A stretch of 64,000 bases of DNA. Origin: Centroscyllium fabricii (lineage: Eukaryota). Of the stretch, positions 48,645 to 61,929 are shown piece after piece. How positions within the stretch are numbered: the stretch's first letter is position 1; the number at the start of each line of letters is the position of its first letter. A program made the translations under genes and the position numbers. The notes under the pieces are model-generated. The model did not search any database. It was not told where the DNA came from and saw nothing but the letters and a program-made list of their open reading frames with translations. Where the stretch lies: the NCBI GenBank assembly GCA_051313645.2, contig JBNRSN020000005.1:310806001-310870000 (forward strand), given 5' to 3'.

Positions 48645-48857
48645 AAATGCAAGAAGTCACACAACACCAGGTTATAGTCCAACAGTTTTATTTGAAATCA
48701 CAAGCTTTCGGAGCGCTGCTCCTTCATCAGATACACCTGACGAAGGAGCAGCGCTCCGAAAGCTTGTGATTTCAAATAAAACTGTTGGACTATAACCTGG
48801 TGTTGTGTGACTTCTTGCATTTGTCCACCCGAGTCCAACACCGGCACCTCCACGTCA
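48645..48857 (+). mobile_element. Palindromic Penelope-like insertion (family B) with hammerhead-like cores on both strands
   Basis: Near-perfect inverted arms of about 86 bp; TSD TATATTCCGAAA (48636-48647, 48858-48869). Confidence 0.8.
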
Positions 48858-49261
48858 TATATTCCGAAAGGTTCTGAATCTTTCCTGAGAAACGTTTGAC
48901 AAATCAATTTCTTTTGGTTTTTCAAAATACTGTATTGTAATGACTCAGTTCAGACTGAATTGTGTTGTTGAGACATTGTCACAATAAAAACGAGTTCTGA
49001 ATGTTCTGCCTCCCGAATGCTCCAAACATCCCACCCCTTCTTCATTAGTGCCTTTTCAAAAATTGCTTCCAACAACTGGCCTCATTCACAACAGCGTGGA
49101 GCTTGGCTGATAGTGAGCCTGTTTTAATTTATTCAGTTGGAACCCTCTGCACGAAAGCCAATAAATAATAAGCTATGTACTAGCTAATCGCCTGTGGCAT
49201 TGCACGTGGGGGGTAGAGACCAAGCTTTGCATTTAGGAGGCAGGGAATAATTGATCGTCAT

Positions 49262-49529
49262 TGTGGTAAACCACGTTGTAATATATATATGTATATATCT
49301 GTGTAACCATGTTGTATAATAGTTCTTTGTGTATTGCTACCTGGGCATGCCCATGCTGGCCCCGCCTGTGACTCCTCCTCCCCAAGACCAGGTACATAAG
49401 CGGCCGTCTCCCTTCCCCCAGCCATTCCTGGGGACGGTCGACTAGCTGGTGCATGCCCACCTTTAGCTAATAAAAGCCGATTGTTTCACCTCTTAATATC
49501 TCGTCTCCGAGGTCGTTAATTCGGTAACA
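49262..49529 (+). mobile_element. Solo LTR related to 42349-42648
   Basis: TGTGGTAAACC...CGGTAACA; TSD GTCAT; shares GTCGACTAGCTGGTGCATG. Confidence 0.92.
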
Positions 49530-49799
49530 GTCATTTTAAAGACCTGTATTCTGTCCTTATTTTTATATAATACTTTGATTTTATATTATTATTTATATTG
49601 AAACAGTGCAATGCACAGTAATTTGGAAAGCAGAGAAGTAGAGTTGTTTGGGCCTCAGAAGTTTCTGTGCAGTACTGGCTGAGGAGCTGGGATACACAAT
49701 GCCAGCACTGGTGGGTGGATGTAATTGTAGTGTGACAAGTTTACATAGGCAGCTTCCATTATATGGAAATTTATAATGAAACTTTTTGGCAAGAAGTGA

Positions 49800-50363
49800 G
49801 GACCACATCTTGAGTATTGTGTGCAGTTTTGGTCATCTTATCTGAGGAAGGATGTTCTTGCCATGGAGGGAGTGCAGCGAAGATTCACCAGGTTGATATC
49901 TGGGATGACAGGAATGACGTATGAGGAGAGATTGGGTCGATTGGGCTTATACTCGCTGGAGTTTAGAAGAATGAGAGGGGTTTTCATTGAAACTTATAAA
50001 ATTCTAAAAGGACTAGACAGACCAGATGCAGGAAGGATGTTTCTGATGGCGGGGGATTCCAGAACCAGGGGTCACAGTCTAAGGATAAGGGTAAGCCATT
50101 TAGGACAGAGATGAGGAGGAACTTCTTCACCCAGAGAGTGGTGAACCTGTGGAATTCTCTACCACAGAAGGCCATAGAGGCCAATTCATTAAATATATTC
50201 AGAAAGGAGTTGGATATATTTCTTAAGGCTAAAGGGATCAAGGGATACGGGGAGAAGGCAGGGACATGGTACTGAGTTTGGATGATCAGCCATGATCTCA
50301 TTGAATGGCGGAGCAGGCTCGAGGGGCCGAATGGCCTACTTCTGCTCCTATCTTCTATGTTTC
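49800..50363 (+). mobile_element. CR1 3' end
   Basis: QFWSSYLRKDVLAMEGVQRRFTRL; CR1 tail. Confidence 0.9.
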
Positions 50364-51499
50364 TGGGACAGATTTTTAATATATAGATAAAGATTGCATA
50401 GCATGCAAAGTTCACAACTCTAATTTTTTCAGGCTATATTTTATGGCATACCTGCTTCCAGTCTTTGAAGCTTCTTGCATGTTCTAAACGCGAACACGTC
50501 ACAGAAGAGCACATTTAATTCAAAAGACCACACTCGCCACAAACAGAAATTTTGGAAATAAAAACAGAAAAGGCTGAAAAGATGGGTTCGCCTTCAGAGC
50601 GGATTCTTTCATGAGAATATATATATTTCTCAAGATTTTTAATCTAAGTTCACCAGAGGGACCATGGATTGGTTTGCAAAAATGACAACAGGGCACCCAC
50701 ACTTCCAGTAGAGAAATTAAAACTAAATTAATATAATGCAGCATTTTCTGTCCAACTTTTGGGATCCCCGTCGATCTAAAACAAGTGCAGTTTATACCAA
50801 GTTGATCATTTAATTAGTAGCGAGATGTGTGAACGCTAGACTTTAAGCTTTTTTTCTCTCTGTTGATGTCCCTTCTCTGCACCCTGTATCGGTGCATAAA
50901 AGTATTCAAGATAATGCATTATCACTCTCTCTGTGCATCTGTTGTTTTGAAAGAATCAATACAAATTGAATAAAAAAAACTGTTGATTCAATAGCAACAA
51001 TGTTAAAATATCAGTTGGATAATGTCTGACCATTCTTGTGAAATATTAGCTCTGATTTTAACTCGTGGTAGAATTTGTCGGGCGGAGAGCGCCCCTGCCA
51101 TCACCAGCGCGAGGCCCAACTGAATGTAATGTGATTGACGTGCTGCCCACCCAGTTGCGTTATGAAATGCCTATTTTCTGAGTGCAATTTCTGGCGGGGC
51201 TCTCGAAACCTATTCAAAGTGAGACTAGACCTCCCATCTTCAATTCCCTGACGCCAGATTTCTTCGCAACATTCTGGAGAGAATTAGCTTTGCGGTAATG
51301 AGTCGCAGGGCTGGCCCGCAGATTTTCTGTTGCCTCCCTGGAGGTCCTCATGGAGGAGGCCAGGGTAAGCAGGGAGGTACTGTTCCCCAGCGTCCTCAGA
51401 GTGACTACCCAGCGGACCTGGACAGAGGTGGCTGAGAGGATCAATACCTCTGCAGTGTACTTAACACTCCATTTCCATTGGCCACCATTTAAACCATGT

Positions 51500-52225
51500 A
51501 GTTTAAAAAAAAAATTCAATTCAAGTTTTATTGTCATTGCAGAGTACTAGTACAATACAACGAGACGAAGACTCGACGCTCCCGAGAGTAGTGCAAATAA
51601 ATTACATGCAAATTGCATACAGTAAAGTACATTATCAGGCGTGCAGGTACCGGAGTTTATTTTTAGAGTTCAGGAGGCTGACAGCCCTGGGGAAGAAGCT
51701 GTTCTTAAATCTAGTCGTGCGGGTGCGAATTGATCTGTAGCGTCTCCCGGAGGGCAGGGGGGCGAACAGACTGTGGCTGGGGTGTGTGGGGTCTTTAATA
51801 ATGTTCAGAGACCTCCGTAAGCAGCGCTTGAGGTAGATGCTTTCCATTGACGGTAGCTGGGTACCGGTGATTCGTTGGGCAGTTTTGACTACCCGCTGCA
51901 GGGTTTTCCAGTCCGAGATGGTGCAATTTCCATACCAGACAGTGATGCAGCTTGTCAGTATGCTTTCGATTGTGCAGCGGTAGAAGTTGGAGAGGATGCT
52001 GGATGACAGCCTGGCTTCCTTCAGCTTCCTTAGGAAGTACAGGCGCTGTTGGGCCTTCTTAACCAGAGAGGAGGTGTTTAGTGACCAGGAGAGATCTTCC
52101 GAGATGTGGACCCCGAGGAACTTGAAGCTGGCCACCCTTTCCACCTCAGCCCCTTGGATGAAGAAGATGTGTCTTCTGCTTCCAGTCCTCCGGAAGTCCA
52201 CTATGATCTCCTTAGTTTTTAAGTC
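51500..52225 (-). mobile_element. Rex1/Babar-like LINE 3' end
   Basis: Uninterrupted frame KTKEIIVDFRR...RTRTTRFKNSFFPRAV; tail rc of (TTCAA)n. Confidence 0.85.
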
Positions 52226-53142
52226 GGCTGTGGTGCCAGAGGAGGGAGTACCGAACTTCATAACTCTCACCCAAACTGAATAGGAAGCTCTGGAGATTAG
52301 TGGCCCAGATCGGTGGTGAAGGAAAGGCTGGTGGCTTATCTGAGCAGGGTGTCTTGATATTACTTATGAATGTTCATTCACATCAGCAAATATTCAGCAA
52401 GCTTCTCGGTTTCAAGCTTTATTCAAAAGACTTGTCACCTGCTAATGTTCAGCCTCTCAATGCCATTCTATCTCTTGTCTCTTCTCTTTCTTCTCGGTCC
52501 TTCTTGGCAGCAAGAGCTTCATGAATCAGATGCCAAAGGAGAGGGCCTAACCTCTGAAGATGCACCATTACACGCTCCATCCCTCCCATACACCAACACA
52601 GATGTTGGCATTCCGCTTGGATTAGATAGTGAGCCGGAGGGGTCTGAATGTGGTGAAACACCCAGCGCAAGTGAGCAGCAACAGGTATTGGGGCAGAGAA
52701 AGTCCAGGAGAGACACTCGCTGCAGGATGAAGCCCTATCCCAGCAGTTATACCAGGTTATTGGAAGGCCTGCCAATGAGTTTCAGCACTATGGCTGAAAG
52801 TACGAAGGCGTCTGCTTCCAGCCTGTGTGGTGTCATCTCATATAACATCAGCACTCTGTAGTCTACCCTGGAGAGTGTGGTCACCTCCAGGGATGCTGCA
52901 GCCGGCCCCTCACAAGAGTCGTCAGTGACACCAGCATTTAAATTTGGTGGAAGCTCAAACAGCTGCCATGCCTGTTCTGGGCTCCACCTTCGAGAAGCCA
53001 CATCAGTACTTGTTTTTTCTCAGGATGCCTGCATGTCTGCTCCTTCACCACCCTTCTCAACCAATACCCACCTAAACAACTGAGGTGCAGCAGTCTGCAG
53101 TTGGACCCTCACAGGCTTGAGCATCTCAAGGGCCCCAACAAT

Positions 53143-53437
53143 GGGCGGCACGGTGGCAGAGTGGTTAGCACTGTTGCCTCACAGCGCTAGGGCCCCGGGT
53201 TCAAATCCAGCCTCGGGTACTATCTGTGTGGAGTTTGCACATTCTCCCTGTGTCTGTGTGGGTTTCCTCCGGGTGCTCCAGTTTCCTCCCACAGTCCAAA
53301 GATGTGCGGGTTAGGTAGATTGGCCAGGATAAATTGACCCTTAGTGTTAGGGGGATTAAATATGTGGGGTTACGGGGACAGGGTGGGATGGGCCGAAATG
53401 GCCTCTATCTGCACTGTAGGGATTCTATGATTCTATG
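53143..53437 (+). mobile_element. V-SINE with a shorter alternative tail
   Basis: Same head and V domain; tail GGGCCGAAATGGCC...GATTCTATGATTCTATG. Confidence 0.85.
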
Positions 53438-53482
53438 ATCAGCTTTGCTGTGGCTACTAGGGGAGCACCTTATAGGAGTGAT

Positions 53483-54443
53483 GGGGAAAAATTGGGTTGC
53501 ACCCCATTTGGGGCGCTAACCTTGGAAATTAGCGCCCCGAGATAGTTAGCGCCATTCCGCTGTAAATTGGGTTTTAGCGCCCCAAGTAGGAGGTGGAGCG
53601 CTACTGCAGGTGCCCCACCGCGTCCCTTGGGCGCAACAACTGAAGGTCGGGCCACTGTCTGTCACTGCGCCACACTCTGCAGCACGCGACACCGCGGTAC
53701 TGCAGGCCTCCCTCCCCTTCTTAAAGGGGAGTGGCCTAGCGTGGTGCGGCCCGGAGCCTCGCTGGACCGCCGGGGATCGGAGTGCCGCCAAAGGAGCCCG
53801 GCACTCAAGGGAAGAGCCGGGCTCACGGAGCACAGCCAGCACTCCGCGGGGGGCATCGGGGAAGGCCGGGGGCGGCCGAGGGGGCAGGTGCTGTAATGTT
53901 ACTATCTTAACATTAAATTACTGAGAGCCACACAAGATGAGATTCACTCTAGTACTTTTAATTAGATCTGAATTCCTTGCTTGCTCAGTGCTCTCTGGCC
54001 ATGTGGTCAAGATGGCTTCCTTTTATACTCAGAGGCTGGTGTCTTTACTGCAGCAGTAAAGCGTATCCACCAGCCTATCACGACAGTGCATTACATCATT
54101 ACAGGTGCTGGCAGTCGGCCAGCAAGAAAAATGGCCGCCCCCCACCTTTAAATAGCGCTGGCCCGGCTGCAACTGCCTCCCCCTGACCCTGTCGGTGACA
54201 GCGTCCGGTGCTAAGTCAGGGGGTGCGACTGAAGTTTGAGGCCGGGGCGTGAGCGAGGTGCTGTGCACGCCGATGAGGTCATCGGCGGCGGCGCAGCACC
54301 ACTGGGCGCTACCCGCTGCCACTGCCGCTAGCGCCCCACTGAATATCACGGGAGGTGCCAGCCCAGGCGCTAGGTGCTTTGCGCTCCATTAGCAGCCGTC
54401 TTCGGGTGCAAACGGCTGGCGCAAGCCACCCGATTCTACCCCC
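53483..54443. mobile_element. Harbinger-type MITE related to 36315-37054, opposite orientation
   Basis: Imperfect TIRs GGGGAAAAATTGGGT / ACCCGATTCTACCCC; shared internal blocks. Confidence 0.75.
53892..54103 (-). mobile_element. 212-bp solo LTR nested in the MITE
   Basis: TGTAATG...CATTACA; 5-bp TSD GGTGC; TATAAAA and ATTAAA on the minus strand. Confidence 0.85.
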
Positions 54444-57400
54444 ACAGTGTTAGGAAACCTTATGAGAGGCACCATGGGTTTTTAATGTTAATTGGCAATG
54501 GACGAGAAATTAAGGGAAGGCAATTACTGTGTTGGGAATTACATTTTTCACCTTTATCGCATTTAGCACTTTTGTCTGCAGTGTGGTTTTATAGCAGCTT
54601 CTGAGTCTGTATTGTCAGAATGTCAATGATCTAGAAGTTGACCGGTTTCAATGTTCTGTACTGCAGGATTATGGGAGTTGTGAAGGATGTAACAAGGGCT
54701 GCAGAAGAGCTTTGTGTAAGTTTTCAGGGCAGGGGAATGAACAGGTCACCGTAATTGCTGAACAGTTAACTTATCCCACATATGTATTGCTGCAAGGTGT
54801 TTAGGTGGAGCTCCTTCTTCTGCGGACTCCTCGCCTTCTCCCTGGTCTTCCTCATCAATGAGGACTGTCGCTGTGCCTCCTCTGAATGCAGTCCTCTCCA
54901 CATGGCTAGGTTGTGCAGGGTGCAGCACACCATAAGATCTGAGTGACTCTTTGTGGGCCATATTGCAGGGAACCCTCAGACCGGTCCAAACACCTGAAGC
55001 TCTACTTCAGCAGCTCTGTGGTGTGCTTGATAATAATCCTGGTGGTCCCATGATATTGATTATACCTGTGTTGCTCAGGTGTGGTGGGGTTGTGGAGGGA
55101 TGTAACGAGTGTCAGGGGGTGGGGGAATCCCTTGTCTCCCAGCAGCCACCCTGTCATGTTGATGGAGGGCTCAAATATTGGGATGAATGGCTGAGTCTTA
55201 TAAAAGCATTGTAACAGCTGCCTAGGTACCTTGCACAAACTTGCATGATTTGTTTTAGATTAGCTGGACATTAATGGAGTCGCAAAAAATGCTGGAAACA
55301 CTCAGCAGGTCAAGCAACATCTGTGGAGAGAGAAATAGAGTTAACGTTTCAGGTCGATGACCTTTCGTCAGCTCTGATCTGCGTATTTCCAGCATTTTCT
55401 GTTTTTATTTCAGATTTCCAGCATCCACAGTATTTTGCTTTTGTGATGTAGTCATGAATGCTGCCGGTTGTTGTTCTGGTGGCCTGATGCCAATATTTGT
55501 GCAATGAATAATGCCTTGGAGGTGAGAGAAACTGCCAGTGCTGAAACCACCCCCGCCCCCCCCCCCCCCCCACGCCCCGAGCGCTCTTGTGTTGACTGTT
55601 GAGGTCAATGGGGAAGATGATGTACTGGTTAGACCTGACTAACAGAGCATTGGTGACCTGCTTAATGCTGTGCACTGCAGGCCGGGAGATGTCACCTGTA
55701 GCAGACTAGAAGGAGCCAGTGACAAACCAGTTGCAGGCAGTGGTAACTTTGAGAGCAACCAGCAAATCATGGTCACTGGCCCAGCAGGAGCAGGTCCTGT
55801 TGCAGGAGGATGCAGAGGTCTGCAACAGCCTGCTTGGAGAAGTGCAGCCTCATAATGCATTGCTCATGAGATAGATCCAAGTAACTGACTCTTGGCTTGT
55901 ACACCCTGTCTGCTGGGTGTGGCCTCCAACGAGCACCCCGATTCACCCGCTGTGGTCTAATCGTTCAGCTGCTGCTCATGCTGGTTGCTGAGGCTGCTTC
56001 TGCCCATCTAACTCACATTCTTCCCCACATCCGACTGAAACTGGCAATAAAGCACCTATGATAAACAGATGGAGCTTACAGAGGGTAAGTAAGGCAAAAT
56101 TATAAGAAACAATCTGGAAGCTGGAAACTCTCCTGGCAATCCAAACATCACAATGGTACACAGAACCTGTGATACAATTACCTTTAGGTAAGTGCATCTT
56201 TAAATACTACTTCAATGCCGCTGCGAGACCTCTGTTTTACTGGTGGGTTGGGTGCTGGCCGGGATATCCGCGATTTCACGTTAAAATGCAGTTGGGGTCC
56301 TAATTGCTTCTTAGGACCCTAATTTCCATGTATTCATGAAGCCCCCCACCTGCCTCTGGAGCAGAGTTTATCTCAGAGACTGAAAGCAATGGCTTTGATC
56401 TTCTTGAAGATCAGTTGGGGGAAATTTTAACTTATCATGACTTCATGTGGAACACAAGTATGGTCAGGCTAACTGTCCAACCAAGTTCAATTCTTGTCAT
56501 TCTCCTGTCTTAAATTTCCATACAAGTATTCTGTGTCATTGTCATACCCTTCACAATTGAGATGGCTATTGCATACATCATCAGTTCAAAAATATATCGC
56601 TGAAAAGTTTGAATGCCTGGGTATTATATGGAATAACAATGACAGAAATACTAATATTTGTGTGGTACAAATACAGAGTCATAAGTATGTCTGGACTATG
56701 TCTAAAGAATGAATAGCAGTATTCTCAGAGAGAGTGGTAGTGTATTCACTATTATTTTCCGCTTCCTCTTCTAAAGGCATGGACTCCTTGCTAGGGTACG
56801 TTTTGCTTTCTAATATTTTGCAGAAGCCATTTTTCACAGATGAAAGCACTGTTGCGCTATTCCATAGAGGGGGCATCTCATTAGCTGAGCTAAATCTTGT
56901 CCTTGCCCAATGTCTACGTGTGCCCACTTACAGCAGCAGTCACTGAATAACAATCAATGCCAAGTCCATGAGTGCAGGGGCCGATTTTATAACATCTACG
57001 ACCTCAGCACAGATTTGGGATCAAGCCTGTGGTTCTGGTGTGTATAACTCAGTGACTCACTCACTTAACTAGACAAGCCATCAGAGAAGCCCAGTTCATC
57101 ACTGTTTAAATGATTGTTAAACAGGCATTGTGCTCGCAAGAAGCAATGCTGTAGCTACTATTTATTTTAGTGGCGAGGTTAAGTTACTTGGATACAATGA
57201 GGACAGCAAGCAATTATTTATGCTTTTGAGTAATGTATTGTTTTACCTGGCTGTTTACCAGCACTGTTATTTTTAATAATATTCCTGTGCACAATGTGTG
57301 TAATGTATTGGTCTAGGTTTATTCACTTTTATTAGGGCTTTATTAAAATTGACAATTTATTATAAAAGGTTTTGATTTCACTTGACAAAGAACACATTTT

Positions 57401-58518
57401 TCATTTCTGGGTTTGCCGCTGCTTAACACCTTATCTATTTCTTGCACTTGGAGTCTGAAAGTTTTCAATATTTAAGACTGCTGTGAATTGTTATCAGATC
57501 CTCTGTGCAATGCGTTGATCCTATCTGGCAGCTAGCTGATGGAGGTGCGATTGAAGAGATATTCATGCAGTCTTGATCTGATTTTTTTTAGTGTTATATG
57601 TGCAGCTTACGAGTGATTTATTGTTTGGAGGAGCAGTTGGTATATGTATCAAGAGCCTCTCAACAATTTGGTTTGAATGTAATCTGTAGACATTTTCTGT
57701 ATGATATATTTCTGCCTGTTGAGGTTTATTTCGTACTGTATTACTCACTATTTACTAGCCTGAAGCCATTGCTGTCTCCACTTACTCGGAGAGGCATGTG
57801 CTTCAGATAGTTTTGTACTGTTTGCATCATGCTCAATTGAATGTTTAGTCAAGGATGAAGCCAAAAGAGACATTGCAGGCTTAGTTAACACAATGCTAAA
57901 TATGTCCAACCAAAGCAAAGCATCAATCAGCAAAGACAGTAGAATTGAACCACACAACCAAAACAGCAGAATACAAGTCAGAGGAGGCTGTGACTAAACT
58001 GGAGATTGCTCTGGTAAGAACACAAATCAAGCGCGGCACCCAGTTCTGGTTGCCGAGACATTGAAGTGCTGAAGACAGTTCAGAAAAGAGCCAGGAGGGC
58101 CATCCTTTGTGTCAGAAGCCTGAGTTAAAATAAAAGACTGGAGAAACATGAGCTCTTCACCCCAGAAAGAAAGTAACTTGCTCTTTCAACACCATTTGTG
58201 AAGTACGTGTGTTTGTTTTTTTCCCCGGTGTATTGTACTTTATAATAGTTTGCGTTACATTTCTTCAGCCATTGTTCTCTCCACATACTTATTTGTCCAA
58301 CTCATCCTGTACTTTTTGAGGTGCCCCCTTCTCTGTGTCATCCACAAATTTGACCACTTTGCACTGAGGTCCTGAATCCCAAGTTGTTTTATGTAGAGGT
58401 ACGTGCGATAGTTATGGGAATGGAAAGGGTAGATCAAGAATTTAATTTTTCAGTTAAATTGAAAGAGTAGGACAAGGGGATGCAGGTTCAACCTAATAAA
58501 AAGGAAATTTAGGACTGA

Positions 58519-58611
58519 TGTCAAGACTGGTCAACACATGGAATGAACTTGTCAAGACTGGTCAACACATGGAATGAACTTGTCAAGACTGGTCAACACA
58601 TGGAATGAACT
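58519..58611. repeat. 31-bp x3 tandem repeat inside an old CR1 remnant
   Basis: TGTCAAGACTGGTCAACACATGGAATGAACT x3. Confidence 0.9.
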
Positions 58612-59409
58612 TACAAGAAGTGTTGTGGAGGTGAAAATCCTGGAATGATTTAAGAAACAATGTGATGCTGAAATAGACGGAATGTAGGATCTCTTTGGAT
58701 GGATGAATAAAGGTGGGCCAAATGGCCTGCCTAATCCATAATTATTCTGTGAAATGAGAGACTACCAAGACTTTACCAATACCATTTTAAGCACCAATAG
58801 GGAATATCTCAGTGACTGACTCTCAAACATTTCTTCTTTATCCTCTGATGGCATGATTAAGATTAGGTGCAAGGATATGTGTCTACAAACCTCGTCATAT
58901 CGCTTTGTGGCACAGCACATTGAAACACCACCATGTTGTCACGCTTGCTGCCAAGATAACTGCATTAAAACAAATCAACAGAAATGAAGGTGTGCCCATT
59001 TGTGTAAACCTCAAACTACTCATTCTTGCTGGGAAGGAATTGGAGTGAGCAGTTAATCTGTTACACTGCAAAACCTTGGGTGAGCACGGACACTTCAAAA
59101 ATATTTGGAGCAGCTTCACTTCACTTTATTTTCATAAAAACATTTTATTTCAAGAAGCCAATCTTGACCAATAAATTTCAAAGTGAAGCAGGAAGGTGTG
59201 AATCTTTAACAATTAAAGGTATTAACATTTTTGAATTGAATATTTGTTTCCACGAAAGCAAAATCGTACAGGGGATGTTCTCACTGACACTGCCAGCGGG
59301 GTATTCTGATAGCACAGTTGTGTATTTTTGTTGAGTTATGCAAAATGCCTTGGGTCCGAGCGACATTTGAGTGAGGTGGGTGCTGCCAGACAGGGTGGAT
59401 GCTTTTTTT

Positions 59410-59901
59410 TAATTTTAATTTTTTTATCCATTGATGGGATGTGGGCGTCGCTGGCTGGCTAGGCCTGCATTTAGTGCCCATCCCTAATTGCCCTTGAGAA
59501 GATGGTGGTGAGCCGCCTTCTTGAACCGCTGCAGTCCATATGGTGTAGGTACACCCACAGTGTTGTTATTCTATTGTTTTTCGTAGCGGTTGTTTACAAC
59601 TGAGTGGCTTGCTAGGCCATTTCAGAGGGCATTAAGAGTCAACCACATTGCTGTGTGTCTGCAGTCACATGTAGGCCAGACCAGGTAAGGACATTAGTGA
59701 ACCAGCTGGGTTTTTGCAACAATCGATAATGGTATCATGGTCGCCATTACTAAGACTAATATTTAATTCCAGAATTAAATTGAATTGAATTTAAATTCCA
59801 CCAGCTGCCGTGATGGGATTTGAACCCATATCCTCAGAGCATTTGACTGAACCTCTGGCTTACTAGTCTAGTGACATAACCACTATGCCACTACCTCCCC
59901 C
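59410..59901 (-). mobile_element. tRNA-head SINE-like element, second copy
   Basis: Highly similar to 17655-18145. Confidence 0.8.
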
Positions 59902-60022
59902 TTGCTGATGAGTACACCCCATTATTGGTCCTCAACTATATAGTAAAAATGACCTAACCTTAAAAACACCCCTCACTCCACATACCTCCGCTCCACACAT
60001 CTACCACATCCCCTTCACTCTT

Positions 60023-60447
60023 TGGCACGGTGGCACAGTGGTTAGCACTGTTGCCTTACAGCACTGGAGACCCGAGTTCAAATCCAACCTCGGGTACTAT
60101 CTGTGTGGAGTTTGCACATTCTCCCCGTGTCTGCGTGGGTTTCCTCCGGGTGCTCCGGTTTCCTCCCACAGTCCAAAGATGTGCGGGTTAGGTTGATTGG
60201 CCAGGATAAATGGACCCTTAGTGTTAGGGGGATTGAATATGTGGGGTTACGGGGATAGGGTGGGATATGTGTCGGTGCAGGCTCGATAGGGATCAAGGGA
60301 TATGGGGAAAGGGCAGGGGCGGGGTACTGGGTTTGAATGATCAGCCATGATCTCATTGAATGGCGGAGTAGGCTCGAAGGGCCGAATGGCCTACTCCTGC
60401 TCCTATCTTCTATGTTTCTATGTTTCTTCTATGTTTCTATGTTTCTA
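60023..60447 (+). mobile_element. V-SINE with CR1 tail
   Basis: Full copy with (TTTCTATG)n tail. Confidence 0.9.
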
Positions 60448-61102
60448 TCCCCTGCCGAACCCAAAGCCAGTTTAAACCAGCAATTTGAGTTTTAAAGCAG
60501 TGTTAAAAGCTAATTGCCAGGGCGGGATGCAGGGCAGCCCCAGGTTGGGGGATGAGTGAGCTGCACCAGTGGGTGGGCAGCTGGCATAATGCCTGCAGTC
60601 TGAATGAATAGAGGGGAGGCAACAATGGGCCAGATATGTACTTTAGGCTTTAAATAAAGTTAAACTTATGCACTGAGACCTTAAGTAAGCTGTAAGTAAA
60701 ATGAAATTGAAATGAACTTTTATCTGGCAGTAGTGGTACTTATTTGGCCCAGGGAATTACATTTTAAATGAAGCTTAACCTGAAGGCCGCGATTTCCCCT
60801 ACCTGAGCGGGTCCATGGCAGGCGAAGTTGGTGGTGGGTCACGGCCTCATTGCTAGCTCCATCCCGGCAGTCCAACATGACTTTCCCCTGATTGTTCAGT
60901 CTGCCCAGCGGGTTTCCCAGCCAATTGAAGGAAGCGGGTCTGATGACATAATTTGATGATGTGTCATCAGCCAGTTTCCTTAAAAGGACCATGCGCAAAT
61001 TTACTTTGACATCTGTGCTGTCAGTGTTCTACAGTATTGAGGTGCTGCAGAACACTGACAATGACTGCACAGAGATGCATGGCAGCACCCAGGCTCTCCC
61101 AT

Positions 61103-61605
61103 GACTCCCACTTGCCTGGATGAGTGCAGTTCCAACAACACTCAAGAAGCCCGACAGCATCCCGGAGAAAGCAGCCTGCTTGATTGGCACCCCATCCACC
61201 ACCTTAAACACTCACTCCCTCTACCACCGGCGTACCGTGGCTGCAGTGTGTACCATCTACAAGATGCACTGCAGCAACTTGCCAAGGCTTCTTTGGCAGC
61301 ACCTCCCGAACCCGCAACCTCTTCCCCTTAGAAGGACAGGGCAACAGGTGCGTGGGAACACCACCTCCAAGTTCCCCTCCAAGTCACACACCATCCTGAC
61401 TTGAGAGTATATCGCTGATCCTTCATCGTCACTGGGTCAAAATCCTGGAACTCCCTCCCTAACAGCATTGTGGGAGTACCTTCACCACACGGACTGCAGC
61501 GGTCAAGAAGGTGGCTCACCACCACCTTCTCAAGGGCAATTAGGGATGGGCAGTAAATGCTGGCCTTGCCAGTGACGTCCACATCCCATCAACAAATTTT
61601 AAAAA
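61103..61605 (+). mobile_element. CR1-group LINE 3' end, same family as 2560-3820
   Basis: PLAWMSAVPTTLKK...HSLYHRRTVAAVCTIYKMHC; shared tail. Confidence 0.8.
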
Positions 61606-61929
61606 TGCAGGAAGCAACAGCTTCTGAGCTTGGAAAGTGAACAGCTGCGAGATGGGAGCTTTTATAGCACATTTCAAGCTGTCAAGTAATGAGATGACTC
61701 CACGGCCATTCATCACCCGCCTAGTTTAACAGACGTGATCCCTGAGCAGTGTGGACCCTGTTGGCGAGCTGGTAATTTCTAAAGGTGAGCTCAAAATTGT
61801 TGTTAATCCTCTATTAACAAGGTCATAATGACCTGAATTTCCTTCCCCGCCGCTGCGTGTCATATGTCTCCTGGACTGGCTTAGATAATTATTTAGAGAG
61901 ATGGAGTAAGGACACTTCTGTGCAATCCT

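Larger units (their letters stand above)
51050..56360. mobile_element. Decayed autonomous PIF/Harbinger (convergent Myb-like and HARBI1-like genes) with nested insertions; boundaries approximate
   Basis: Plus strand about 51310-51450: PRFSVASLEVLMEEARVSREVLFP...WTEVAERIN (Myb/SANT-like). Minus strand about 55000-55240: GWLLGDKGFP...PTTPEQHRYNQYHGTTR (HARBI1-type DDE). Confidence 0.7.

Noticed and set aside
51298-55930. Host NAIF1/HARBI1 genes
   Set aside because: Frames are broken and carry nested insertions; best read as a decayed Harbinger transposon.
56679-56946. Possible host exon in non-repetitive sequence; also about 25590-25820 and 18450-18590
   Set aside because: No recognisable protein similarity and no consistent splice-site/frame combination. 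Small exons cannot be excluded without RNA-seq.
60023-60095. tRNA genes at SINE heads
   Set aside because: A/B boxes run directly into V-domain bodies and LINE tails; these are SINE heads.
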